Shown piece after piece: positions 22,535 through 35,439 of a DNA stretch of 64,000 nt (its first letter is position 1; every line of letters starts with the position of its first letter). The notes under the pieces are model-generated. The model saw only the letters and a program-made list of their open reading frames with translations, was not told the origin of the DNA and did not search any database. The position numbers and the translations under genes are program-made. The stretch is from positions 3,596,001 through 3,660,000 of the forward strand of contig OX597830.1 of NCBI GenBank assembly GCA_951406725.2, in the 5' to 3' direction. The stretch is from Octopus vulgaris. Taxonomy: Eukaryota.

Positions 22535-25254
22535 CATGGATTAGCAACCACTATATCGGCCTATGCCCCTCAGCCAGGGCTACCCGATGGACAGAAAGAC
22601 CTATTCTATGATGCCCTACTGCAGACTACCTCGTTGACGAACGACAGAGACCTTCTCTTTGTGGCTGGTGATTTCAATGGGCATGTTGGAAAGCATGCTG
22701 GGGGCTTCCATGGTGTACATGGAGGCTATGGTTATGGTTCCTACAACGAGGAGGGAACCAGACTACTTATGGTTTGCAACACTAACTTCAGGAAACCTAC
22801 CAGCCACCTGGTCACCTACCGATCGGGTCGACATACTAGCCAAATTGACTACATCCTTGCCAGGAAAAGGGAAAGATGGCTGCTTATAAATGCCAAAACC
22901 TTCCCAGGCGAAGAATGTACCCCACAACATAGACTGGTAGTTAGTGACTTTAGGATCAGGACTAAAAGGACGACCAGAAGACGACCAACATGGAGAAGAA
23001 GGATCAGGAAGCTTAAAGATCCTGCAATTGGACAGAGATTTAGGGACATATTACTTGAAATGTTTGACGAAGTAGAAGAGGATATAGCTTCACATGGGGT
23101 AGAAGACAACTAGAGGTTTCTAAGGGACAACTTGCTGAGAGCCACTGAGCAGATCTGTGGCTGGTGCAAAGTCCCCTCTCGACCCAAAATAACGTGGTGG
23201 TGGAACAATGTTGTAGACAGGGCTATTAGAGAAAAGAGACAGGCTTGGAAGGACTGGAAAAATGGGGACAGCAGGGAATTGTATCAGACTGCCAAAAGAG
23301 AAGCTAGGAGACAGGTTTATTTAGCCAGAGGGGAAGCAGATAAGAAAAAATTTGCCAATGTTCTGTGCCATGAGAACCAAAGACTTGAGGTATTTCGCGT
23401 TGCAAGACAGTGTGTGAGAGAGAATCGTGATGTGGTAGGAGAGAAATGTGTTCGCATGGATGATGGTTCACTTGCACTAAATGAGGATGCAAAGAGAGGG
23501 TTTGGAGATGCCACTATGAAAGGTTGCTGAATAAAGAAAATGAATGGGATAAAGAGAGTCTGCTGAATGTCGACCCAACAGAGGGACCAGCTATCTGAGT
23601 TGACAGTTCTTTGGTAGTTAAAGCAATTAAGAGTATGAAGACAGGGAAAGTCCCCGGCCCATCAGGAATTACTGCAGAGACGCTCAAAATATCTGGTAGT
23701 GTCGGCTATAGCGTAGTCACACGTATAGTTAACCAAGTGATACATGAAGGAGTCATACCCAATGACTGGTGTAGCAGCATAATAGTCAACTGCTACAAAG
23801 GTAAAGGTGATGCCCTAGATACAAATAATTACAGAGGTATCAAGCTGTTGGATCAGGTAATGAAGGTTACGGAGAGGGTCATAAGCCAACTAATTAGAGA
23901 GAGAGTTAGTTTAGATGAGATGCAGTTTGGGTTCATGCCAGGGAAAAGCACCACTGATGCCATATTCCTGGTAAGACAGCTGCAGGAGAAATATCTAGCC
24001 AAAGATAAGCCCCTGTACCTGTCTTTCGTTGACATGGAGAAAGCCTTCGATAGGGTCTCCTGGTCCCTTATCTGGTGGTCAATGAGGAAACTACGGATAG
24101 ATGAATGGTTAGTGAGAGCTGTGCAAGGCATGTACAGGGACACTGCTAGTAAGGTGAGGGTTGGCAATGAGTACAGTGAAGAATTCCAGGTAGAGGTTGG
24201 GGTCCACCAGGGTTCAGTCCTCAGCCACCTCCTATTTATCATAGTCCTCCAGGCAATAATGGAGAAATTCAAGACAGGATGCCCTTGGGAGCTCCTCTAC
24301 ACTGATGACCTTGCTCTAATTGCTGAGTCACTATTAGAACTGGAGGAGAAGTTTCAGGTGTGGAAGCAAGGATTAGAATCGAAGGGCCTTAGAGTCAACC
24401 TAGCTAAAACCAAAGTCCTAATAAGTAGGAAGGTAGACAAGTCACAAACGCCTTCAGGTAGATGGTCTTGCTCGATCTCTAGGAAAGACGTAGGTAGAAA
24501 CTCTATAAGATGCACCAAGTGTAAGCTATGGACACATAAGAGGTGCAGCAACGTCAAGGGAAGGCTAACTAGGAAGATAGTTTTTGTATGTGGCAGATGC
24601 TCAGGAGCAATAAACACTGAAAATGCACAGAGAGCAACTTCCGCCACATTCCAGGGAGAAAAACTAGAAATAGTTGATAGCTTCCGTTACCTAGGTGACC
24701 AAGTCAGTAGTGCGGACGGGTGTGTTGAAAGTGTAACTGCTAGAGTAAGAATAGCCTGGGCAAAGTTCAGAGAGCTCTTACCTCCGCTGGTGACAAAAGG
24801 CCTCTCGCTCAGAGTAAAAGGCAGACTGTATGACGCATGTATACGAACAGCCATGCTATGTGGCAGAGAAACATGGACTGTGACTGCTGAGGATATGTGT
24901 ACGCTCGCAAGAAATGAAGCCAGTATGCTCCGATGGATGTGTAATGTCAGTGTTCGTACTCGACGGAGCGTATGTAACTTGAGAGAAAAGTTGGACCATA
25001 GAAGCATCAGTTGTGGTGTGCAAGAGAGACGTCTGTGCTGGTATGGTCATGTGGCAAGAATGGATGAAGATAGTTGAGTGAAAAAGTGCCACACCCTAGC
25101 GGTTGAGGGAACCTGTGGAAGAGGTAGACCCAGGAAAACCTGGGATGAGGTGGTGAAGCACGACCTTCGAACTTTAGGTCTCACCGAGGAAATGACTAGA
25201 GACCGAGACCTTTGGAAGTATGCTGTGCGTAAGAAGACCCGGCAGGACAAGTGA
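22535..25254 (+). pseudogene. Disrupted RTE APE-RT ORF (longest open piece 23611-25077)
   Basis: In-frame stops at 23111-23113, ~23596 and 25075-25077; a frameshift near 23500; a short deletion after EEGTRLL; YTDD in place of YADD. Confidence 0.92.
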
Positions 25255-25783
25255 GACCATAACCCATGGCCTCAGTCCACTTATGCATACCTTTCCTTCT
25301 TGGGACACAAAACTCTACTTGTGAAGACCTGTTGAGGCAAGTGAAATCAAAATCAAAATCGATCAACATCAATGGAAATTGTAGCTGTGATACCAGTGCT
25401 GGTGGCACATAAGAGAACTATCCAAACGTGGCCATTGCCGGAGCCGACCCAACTGGCTTCCGTGCCGGTGGCACGTAAAAAGCACCATCCGATTGTGGCC
25501 ATTGCCAGCCTCGCCTGGCCTCCATGGTGGTGGCACATAAAAAGCACCATCCGATCGTGGCCGTTTGCCAGCCTCGTCTGGCACCTGTGCCGGTGGCTCA
25601 TAAAAAGCACCCACTACACTCATGGAGTGGTTGGCGTTAGGAAGGGCATCCAGCTGTAGAAAAATTGCCAGATTAGACTGGGCCTGGTGCAGTCTTCTGA
25701 CTTCCCAGGCCCCAGTTGCACCATCCAACCCATGCCAGCATAGAAAGCGGACGCTAAACGATGATGATGATGATGATGATGAT
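22535..25783 (+). mobile_element. Young 5'-truncated RTE-clade LINE (partial AP endonuclease, RT, 3' UTR, (GAT)n tail)
   Basis: APE motifs ISAYAPQ, AGDFNGHVG, SQIDYIL, QHRLVV. RT motifs NYRGIKLL, QFGFMPGKSTTDAIF, FVDMEKAFD, GVHQGSVLS, LLYTDDL, FRYLG. RTE C-terminus WYGHVARM..GRGRPRKTW. Natural stop at 25252-25254; (GAT)8 tail. Confidence 0.97.
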
Positions 25784-25985
25784 GGTATTAAACCCAAGCA
25801 ATTTTATTAGTTTATTTTGCATCATTATCTCCTTATCTGCCCACCCACTTGGATACCTCTTATAGCCACTCTTTACCCCATGGACTTGGTCCTCAATAAA
25901 GGTTTCAGATTGTATGTTCAAATCATTTCAGTGCCACTGTTTTCTATACTGAAAATCTCTGGATCTCATCTGTTACTTTCTCTCT

Positions 25986-26018
<33 letters not shown>

Positions 26019-26974
26019 TATATGTACATAGACACACATAAATACATATATATGATCATACATGTGCTCACACACACACACACACACACACACACATTCA
26101 TATATAATATATAATCTGCTTTTGTTCAATTCATTTTGGCATTCCTCTTGTAGAGTTTAATCAAGTAATTGCTGTTTTGAAACAACACAGAAAATATTTT
26201 ACCTTTTGTTAAACCCAGCATTTCCTTTGTATTAGTTTGTCCCTATTCCACCAGTTTCCGAGCTGAATTGAAATCATGTTTCTGTGAATTGTAATTCCAG
26301 TGGTGTAGAGTTGCACTCTACAACTTTACTCTTAAACAGAGCGATCACAATAGTTTACAATTTGCACCTCATTTCTTTGAGAGTATGATTAAAATATTCA
26401 ATATTGTTCAGTGTGAAAGATTGCTTCAGCACACCTATTATCTTATGTGAATCAGATAATGTGCTAAGTGTTACATTATCAGCTGACTTTATGAGAATAG
26501 ATTGCAGTTTCTTCATATGCATTTCGCTACAATTTAAGTAAAAGGTTTATGCAAATTACTTAAATATTAAAGGCTTCGTTTATGTGTAATGTGGGCCTAA
26601 ATGCATCCTTATCATTTTTATGGAATGACATACATAACATTTTATCTTTACAAAACAGCCTTCAGATATTGGAGATAATAACAGTATGAAGCATATTAAG
26701 GTTATCATTCGCAGATAACAGCATTGGAACATGACAAATTTTGGTTTTGGAAAAAGAAATGAATAAATAAATCCTCTGTAAGAATTTGGTTAATTCCTAA
26801 CCCGAGAGGAAATCTTAAATATCTTGATGCAATACTTTCTTTGTTGGGGATAATATTTATGTCTCGGAGAACAGTTCTTAGACCCAACATTTTTGCACCG
26901 AAGACTGTTGCCTTATTTTTATTAAAAAGGTGTTGGAATTTGATGATGACCTTCAAACTTTAGAATCACAGAAA

Positions 26975-27314
26975 ATCTTTGGGGTCGCACAAGAAACTAG
27001 CACTCCATTGGTCACAATGACAGCTGTTTCAGTTGATCCAATGGGACAGCTTGCTTGTAAAATCAACAGGCAAGTGGCTGAGTACTCCACAACTCCACAA
27101 ACACACGTACTCTTAACGTAGTTCTCAAGGAGATTCAGTGTGACACAGCTGTACCTCTGAATTACCAGTACAATTCAGTTTTTTCCAACTGAGTGGACTA
27201 GAGCAATGTGTGAATAAGAGTCTTGTCCAAGGACACAACAAGCTGCCAGGAGTTGAAGTCTTAACCTTACAATCATGAGCTGAAGACCCTAATCACCGAG
27301 CCATATGCCTTCAC
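26975..27314 (-). mobile_element. tRNA-headed SINE family D
   Basis: Homologous to 52881-53209. Minus-strand head GTGAAGGCATATGGCTCGGTGATTAGGG...TTCAACTCC..TGTGTCCTTGGACAAGAC. Confidence 0.85.
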
Positions 27315-28034
27315 TAGAATCACACAAGAAAGATAGTAATGCCTAAAATGTGGGTGCATTGAGGTGATACTTGGGGAATTGTTATTGTTGAATGTCAGGG
27401 CAGGAGGGACCTGGCTGAAAGGTTTGAGCCTCAGAAAAGATGTGCTGTGTACTTCTTTCAACTTTTTAAGTTCTCACTTCCGATTCTGCTGGGGTAGATA
27501 AAATGAAGTACCAGTCATTTACTAGGCTTGATGGTAACAATGAAACACCACACAAAATTACTGGCCTTGTACCTCAATCAGAAACCATTATCTTTGAATC
27601 TCCTTGGTTAACTCTGTGTTAGTTAGAAGAAGGATGGCAGAGCATAGGGATTAGCAAAAGTTATGGTTTGCATGAAAACATACAGTTGTATGGGACCTGA
27701 CAGGTAGCGAGTCAAATTCTTTTAATTAAACGAAATCACACATTTAATGAGAGGAAATGAATTAATTAGTTTTAATGATTGATATTCAAGAATGACAAAG
27801 GAAAACAACAATTGAAAATTAGATAGATTCATCATGCAGTTGGCAGAGAGCTGATCTTTTGTAAATACAGTGATGGATACATTTCTGTCTTATCAAACCT
27901 CTTCAGTGACACATTGTCTTGCCAGTATTTGCCACAGATCATAGACCAATGTTTCTCAGAATGGCTGCCATGGAAAATATGTGAGGTTTCATGAGATAAA
28001 ATGCTTTTGAACTGAATTTTTATAAAAAGATTGT

Positions 28035-28410
28035 GGACACAGACATGGCTGTGTTTTTAGGAAGTTCCTTTTGCAATTATGTGACTTCTGGCTCAGTCCA
28101 ACCCTGCAGCAGCTTGGACTAATGTTTTCTACAACAGCTCCAGGCTTGTGAGCAGATCTGGAAACTGTGGAGTTGGCATCATTATCTCCATATCTTCATG
28201 TATGTGTGTTTGTGTTTGTCCCTGCTAACCTTTGTATTGACAACCAGTGTTGGTTTGTTTATGTCCCTACAACTTGGTGGTTCAGCAAAAGAGACAAATA
28301 GAATAAGTATTGGGCTTAAAAACAAGCACTGGAACTGATTTGTTTGATTAAACTTCTTAAGGTGTTGCTCCAGCATGGTTGCAGTCAAATGACCATAATG
28401 AATAAGAGAA
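28035..28410 (+). mobile_element. Diverged SINE family A
   Basis: Head and 3' half align to 58207-58690. Confidence 0.75.
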
Positions 28411-28441
28411 AATATAAAATGATATTAACCATTTTCAAAAC

Positions 28442-28755
28442 TGTTATAATGTGGATCCTCATGTTGTTGCCAGCTCTGTAATATTCGTGTTGCCATTATT
28501 ACATTGTGGCGGCAGTATTCCGTGCCTTCTTACTTTCACTCATCTATCATGCTGTCACTGATAGCTCTGCAAGACAATGGCTTTGAAATGTCTACCTTGA
28601 CAATAACTCAACCTCCTAACTGACTCCAACTGAGAACTTGTACAACGACTCTGACCTCCTACAACAAAATGACTGTCTGACTTAATAATGGCTGAGTCAT
28701 ACCACTTTGTCATATGGGAAGAGGAGTACCATTTTCACTACATCTCCCTTTTTTT
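28442..28755 (-). mobile_element. Gypsy-type 3' LTR (28442-28742) with polypurine tract
   Basis: Minus strand reads AAAAAAAGGGAGA|TGTAGTG ... TTATAACA: a PPT directly followed by a 301-bp TG...CA segment, with a Gypsy pol fragment next to it on the same strand. Confidence 0.7.
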
Positions 28756-28824
28756 AAATTTATTTTTAGGGAAGCAAGTAGTTTTATTTTACTTTATTCA
28801 CCCCTCCTCCCTTTTTAGCATTTT

Positions 28825-29448
28825 TTAAACATAAACCATTGGAGCTGCCGACCTTGAATGGTTGACTTTTTCAATTATATCTAGACTTTCTAGTCTTTCC
28901 GGCTCTCTATTGACGTGGTCTAAAACCACAAATGACACGTTCCATTTGGGCCTAAAAACAGGTGTTGTCTCTGCTTTTAATGCAATCCTTTTGTTTTAGT
29001 ACAACAGCCTAATCCTTCCAAAAGAATCAGCTAAGACAGTGATTTCCAAACATACACAATTTTCAAAATATTGTGGAACCCTTGCCTATATTTAATGGGC
29101 CTCCCACACTCCAACAACCTTAACTTTAATTAGACATCAGATAAAACAGAAACTGTTTGATAAGGTTTATTATTAAAAAACAAATGAGAAAAACATTGTT
29201 GTCTCACTATAACAAAAGCTCTCTCTTGATGAAAATACATCCTTGACATAACTATGAGTACATACCAATTTGGCCCTTCTTTTGGAAGGATTAGGCTGTT
29301 GTACTAAAAAAAAAGGATTGCGGTAAAAGAAGAGACGATACCTGTTTTTAGGCCCAAATGGAACGTGCCATTTGTGGTGTTAGACCACGTCAATAGAGAG
29401 CCGGAAAGTCTAGAAAGTCTAGATATAATTGAAAAAGTTGATTATTTG
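28825..29448. mobile_element. Gypsy (Mag-like) pol fragment present twice in inverted orientation (arms 28865-29026 / 29277-29438)
   Basis: Both arms translate to EGLGCCTK..K.ET.PVFRPKWNV.FVVLDHVNREPE.LESLDIIEKV, followed by NHSRSAAPMVYV in one arm and DY in the other. This matches the region at the start of Gypsy RT. Confidence 0.85.
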
Positions 29449-29780
29449 CAGCTGATCAAAAGATGATTGTATCTGATGCCATACCATTTTTCTTGTGGAT
29501 AACTTTCTGAGATTATTTGATTCCAATATTAAAGAAAACAGGGAGTTTACTGAGAGACACTGATTTGTTAAATCCCTACAAACACTTTCTTCTAATGTTC
29601 TTTTTTGTTATTCCTTGACTAGTTTCAGTTAATGGATGGTGGCCATGTCTGAGGCACTTCCATCGAGGGACTTTAGTGTGTCCACATCGACCCCAGTTCT
29701 GATGTTTGTCTGGTACTTATTTCGGATCAATTGAGTTACAGGACATCTAGAGCAACATAAGCATCTACACATGTGCAAAT

Positions 29781-29822
<42 letters not shown>

Positions 29823-29974
29823 AAGAAGACTAATGAGTATTTACATGCAATTACTTTCAAGTGCTGACATTATAATCGCAGACAAACCATATTAAATTTA
29901 TCTTAGTTTTCCTCCTGTCTACCTCTAGATTGATAGATAGATAGATAGATAGATACATACATAGATTTAGATAG

Positions 29975-30017
<43 letters not shown>

Positions 30018-30189
30018 AACAGATAGATAAACAGATAGATAGATAAATTCACTTATATATAGAAAGAGGGGAGGGGGAGTGAGAGATGTGTGTACATCAG
30101 AGGAAAGTGTAATGTTGGTTGCTTTTGATAGGACCCTATGGAGGAAGTACCTGAAGACTCCCTCCATGACCTTCCTAAAGAATAATGAA

Positions 30190-30560
30190 TGAATGTATAT
30201 TTGTATGACAGGCTTCGGCAAAAGCCATTCACAAGGAATTGATTGGCCCAAAGGCATTTTCCCAAAGTGCCACACAGTGGAATTAGCACCATGTGATTGC
30301 AAAGCGAATTTCTTAACCACACTGCCATGCCTGTGGCAATATTCTTCATTGCTGTCATCATCATCATCATCATTTAACGTCCATTTTCCCTGTAGGCATG
30401 GGTTGGACGATTTGAAAGGAGTTCACCAGCTGAAGAGCTGCCCAGGCTCCAATTGTCTGTCTTGGCATGGTCTCTACAGCTGGATACCCTTCCTGATGCA
30501 AACCACTTTACAGAGTGTGCTGGGTGCTTTCTACATATCACTGGCTCAGGACTCTCGCCG
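30190..30560 (-). mobile_element. SINE A head (30190-30335) adjacent to an RTE 3' tail fragment (30352-30560)
   Basis: Similarity to in-window copies; (ATC)n tail at 30352-30372. Confidence 0.75.
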
Positions 30561-32200
30561 GCCAATCCTCTCCACCAGTGGGGATGGTCATAACACTTAT
30601 ATTTAGCAACTTGCATGAATTTTCACATTTTTCTTCTTGAATTGACAAAGACTGAGCATTGTTTGTATATAGTCAACAACCAAGTGCTTTCCATGGTAGC
30701 GGATGGTAGTCATAGGCAACTTGCTAGATGTGTACATTTGTGTGTGTCTCTGTATATCTATGTAACGTAATATCTGTTTGTATGCAGGTAAACATACAGC
30801 AGAATATGTATATGTGAACAGGAGAACAAAATCCTGTCATATTCGTAAACTTCCTCAGCTCATCCCTCTCTCTCCCTCTCTCTCTCTCTCTCGGTCTGTG
30901 TGTCTGTCAGCCTTTCTCCATAAATATAGAATTACACCTGCAGCACCAATTTTGTAATAAATGGTGAAGTTTCTGATTCTTCGGTAATAATCAAACACAT
31001 CCCACGTTTCTTTCTTTCTCTACCTCTTTCTTTCTTTCTCCCCCCCCCCGTCTCTTTCACACACATTCTGTTGCCTGTAAGACAAATTCAAAAATAAACA
31101 GATATAAATATTCCCATCAGTCGTAGCTCACATTGAAAGGCCTGAATTTATTTGGAAAACATTTCACTGCTTAGAAAACTAGATCAATACCTTTATTAAA
31201 CGGCCAACTGTGGTGCTACATTGCATAACTGAGGAACAACCATCAACTCTTCTATCGGTGTGAAATACAGTGTAGAATTTAATCACTCTAACCAGCGACC
31301 TGAGTAGACATATCATTCTTTGATGCCTGCTAAATATTCCAATACATTTAATGGTTTCTCATGTAGGAATAAGGCTTGCAATTTTGAGGAAAGGGACTTA
31401 GTAGACACCATGTGGCACTTGACTTGTGCTTTACTTTATTGACCTTGGTGGTGGTGGCGGCGTTGTTGCTTTTGTTGTTGTCGTTGTTGCTGGTGGTGGT
31501 GGTGGTGGTGATGATGATGATGGCGATGAGGAGAAGGAGGCAGAGGAAATCAAGGGAACCATGATAAAAGCTAGAAGCTGAAGCTGCTCTGAAATCTAAA
31601 ATTCTTTATTCAGGTATCCTCTGCAATATGGAAGCATGATGTCCCCCAAAATCTTGCTGTGGCTTGGTGTTCCATAATGCAAAACATATTTTGCTGTTGA
31701 TTCCATGTTTTTTTATTTTTGTGTGACATGAAATGAATGGATAAAACAGATTTCACCCTATAGAATTTCCTGCTATGCCTAGATTGTTTGAGGCTTCCAT
31801 AACAAAGAGGAAGTTGTTAATTGGTTATAATAAATGTAGCTGTATGGATAAGAAGTTCTCTTTGCTACAAAATGGTTTCAGTTTCAATCTCACCACTCAG
31901 CACTTGTGCAAATATCTTCTTTTATAGCCTTGGCTTGACCAAATTCTTGCCAAGAAATTTAGTAAGTGGAACCAAATTGTTCTCCTTGGGTAACTTTAGA
32001 AGAGTTTGTATTTACAATAATATCCAATGATTTCTCTTTTGTAAGTAGTTATTGCTCATAATAATATCTAATGATTTTTATTAATTGGTTATTACTAATT
32101 TATAATATATAATGGTTTTACCTTCCTAAGTCTAATCAAAATTAGATTTGATATCTCAATAAACATGACTTTAAAAATTTTCTATCTTTGGAAAGCATTT

Positions 32201-32504
32201 GGAAATGAGATAATTTGAGGATGAAACAAAGTGCACAATGTGATTGCAGAATATTGAAAGTTCCACTGACTGGACATGTCACAAGATTCACTGATAACAG
32301 GTGGAATCATGTAGCTGCTGAGTGGTACCCATGGAAGAATGGAAAAGGCTACACGGAAGGCTTCCAAAATGATGGGATAACAATTTAATTAAGCAATTTA
32401 GGTCAAAGTGGAAAAGAATGGTGCAATCAAAAGGGAATTGGAAGTGCATTGTGACCAGCAGTATACAACCGTATCTGACGGTCTGGTTGATACTACTGTG
32501 ATAC
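32201..32504 (+). mobile_element. Ancient RTE-type 3' remnant of a different subfamily
   Basis: TGHVTRFTDNRWNHVAAEWYPW..KRLHGRLPK*W matches the RTE C-terminal pattern WAGHV.R..D.RW....W.P...R..GRP..RW. Confidence 0.7.
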
Positions 32505-33043
32505 TAATATCTGTTGATTTAACTAATTGGTTATTACTATCTATAATGGTATATAATGATTTTGTCTTCCTAAGTCAAGTGAGAATTAGATTTGATATCT
32601 TAACAAGCAAGACCTTTGGAATTTGCTGTCTTTGGAATGCATTTCATATTACAAATCATTCTCTGTTTCTCAAATGTAAAATATCTGGTTCTTATTAACA
32701 TGTAACCTTTTAAAACAGATGAAAGAAAAGAATAAGGAGATGGTTTGTTGAAGAACTGCTTGGGGAAATGGAGGTTGTTGCAACGGTGATGGAAGTTTTA
32801 TTGTGGCACCTAATGTGTTAATTTATAGATCTATAATACGATTGATACAAAGGTCATACATAAAGTCTGCAAGTCGTAGTGATGGGATTGGGAATTCTAC
32901 ACAGCTTATTCCGTCATAACTCAAAGAAGTGAATTTTCAAAGCTTTAAGACTGGTTCAAATAGGTGTCATCAATTAAATTATACAATTAGCTCATTATAA
33001 GATGCTATTATGTTCATAACTGTCATGTTGTCACTACTGTCAG

Positions 33044-33240
33044 CTGTTATAATTACCAAATGATGGAGTGAGATGAAATTTTCCGATTTAAATCTAACAG
33101 GTCAACGCTACATCAAAGACTGACTTCTTCATAGTGTCTCTGTTATATTGAATCTGTTAAGAACTTTTATTTTCCTACACCAATAAACGTAAAATTTTAT
33201 GCATTTTCTTAGTCAGTCATTACTTTGGTAATTATAACAG
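33044..33240. mobile_element. MITE-like element, 197 bp
   Basis: Perfect 17-bp inverted termini CTGTTATAATTACCAAA (33044-33060 / 33224-33240), with weaker subterminal similarity. Confidence 0.7.
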
Positions 33241-34068
33241 GGTAATTGTTTTTATATCTTTTGGCTTGCTGACTCTAGAGGAAGGGACAGTGCCCCATAA
33301 CCTTTGAAGGCCTTCTGGTACTCGGAAATTTGATGCTGTTACTGTTCTGTTTAACCTGTTGCAAGTCAACAGCTGCAAGAAAGACCTGAGCAGGAAGATT
33401 CCGGATGGCCTATATTCTGGGGAGAAAGGATTGGATATATAGTTAGTGTGGTGCTAAAGAGTGGCAGTGGATGCAACAAAGGTGATGAAAGGTGAAAGGA
33501 AGAGTGGGGTGAAAGGTGTTGGTGTGAGACAAACCAGCTCCAAAGAACAGAAACTTCACTAAGGAGGTCAGAATAAAATTGAAACATGCCTGGTATTGTT
33601 CCTTGCCTGAAGCATTAGTCATTGACTGATATTCTTTACAGTTCCCTAACTGCATATTTATTTCTGTGTTAAAACACTAATCATTATGATTATAATGATC
33701 AGAACTTAACAAGTTTTACACAGCCAAGTTTGGATTTAAATATCATTTAATACATCCTGGTGATTTATAATTTGGAAAATAGGACGACCATTTTTCTTTT
33801 TGTTTCCTTTTATTGTTATCTAATACTTACATGATTATTTTGTAAGCTAGTCTTAATGTATTACATGTACTATTAAGCTTGATACATCTTCAGGTTTGGT
33901 ATCGGATTATCCACACATGATTAATCACATGTCTATTGACATTTATTGCTCTCATTACTGAAATAGCAAGGAATAAATAAATCAACAATATTTCCATTAA
34001 AACTGAAATCAATATTAAAAATAGAAATATCAGCATGAAAGGTATTAAGAAACAGAATCCATAACATG

Positions 34069-34112
<44 letters not shown>

Positions 34113-34113
<1 letters not shown>

Positions 34114-34910
34114 CAAGATGCATTCCAGAAGTTTTCAGACTTCTTTTTAGGAGAGATAGACATTTATTAATTTCAAAGGAGTGAAGGTGTCCAGGACATT
34201 TGTCACAGCGTCTTTCATCTTCAAAACAACTGTCTCTGAGGTTCTCCTACAGTCTGAGGAACAATCAAAAGCCACAAGGAACTAGATCCAGACTATATGC
34301 TGGCATCAGTTCAATTCCCTCCAAATTCCTGGTCGTTTGATATGAGATCTTCCATTGTCTTACCACAGAAGGGCTCACTTTCTGTTAACCAATGCCAGGT
34401 ATTTTTGCAACACAATGGCACACATGGCACACAGTGACACACATCCACTCCAGCTCTTCAGAGTTCAGGTTGTCATCAATGGATCAACCAACCAGATCAA
34501 CCTCATGGTGAATTATACCCTCATAATTCTGCCAGACGCAGAGCTTCACCTTGTGTTCGAAACACCCAGGTTTGGCAACAGTTTCCAGAAGCTTGCCCTT
34601 GCTCAGTCACTGCTTATGCAAGTTAGGATTGCAGAAAAATATTTCCCTCGTGTTATTCCTGGTTCCAATCTGACACTTGCAATGCTTCCTCAGCCAAGAA
34701 GAGGTAGAAGCTTCAGTGAAGGAGTTCTTCACTTTGGAAGACAAGAACTGGTATCAGTGTGGGATCAAAGAACTGGCAGAAAAGGTGGCTTCAGACAGGG
34801 CAGCAGAATGGCCTCTTCTTTGAGTGTTAGGTTGCTTTGGATGTAATTTGATGAATGAAGCAAATAAGTTGCCAAAACACTGTGGAACTTGACTCAGCGC
34901 AATATATAAA
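34113..34910 (-). mobile_element. Decayed mariner transposase
   Basis: Minus strand: CNPNLHKQ*LSKG..VAKPG.FEHKVKLCVWQNYEGIIHHE and AYSLDLVPCGF*LFLRL*ENLR, compare mariner YSPDLAPCDFWLFPKLKE. Confidence 0.75.
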
Positions 34911-35439
34911 TGCAACAGTCTTTTTTACAGTCAAGACAAGGAGACACACACATGCACATACAGACACACACATATGCACACATTCAGACAAACACACACG
35001 CTCATGGTTTCTTTGAATATCTGGCTACCAAATCATATTGGTAAATACCAAAAATATGACTGAATCTAACAGAATGTGGTTGGGAAGCAAACTTCTTAAT
35101 CATGTAGCATGCCTACACACACACATATGCATGCATGTATATTTCTATGTGTGTGTGTGAGTATGTGTGTGTGAGTGAGAGTGAGAGAGAGAGAGACAGA
35201 CAGACAGACAGTTTTTTTTTAATCTTGATACAGCATTTGTTTAACTATTCACTGAAGATTTTCTAATAGAAATCATTATTTCCAAAGTAAATTTGAGCAA
35301 ATCCAACAAGATTTTATCTTTCCTGACACAAGGCAACAATTCTGGTCTCCTAAATCTCTTTTGTTGCAGAGAAGCACTGGCAGCTGTATTTGTTAATTTA
35401 CGACAATCATACAATGGGCATTATAAAGAACACCTGTCA

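Noticed and set aside
25390-25612. Repeat-spacer pattern as a CRISPR array
   Set aside because: Eukaryotic context, the spacers are similar to each other, and it lies in a LINE 3' UTR.
26727-26765. Tiny ORF MTNFGFGKRNE with a neuropeptide-like GKR site
   Set aside because: No signal peptide, repeats or workable splice frame; chance.
33234-33246. ATAACAGGGTAAT, part of the I-SceI site
   Set aside because: Only a partial match, and it coincides with a MITE terminus.
34355-34846. 163-aa plus-strand ORF
   Set aside because: Antisense to the mariner transposase relic, with no recognisable domain.
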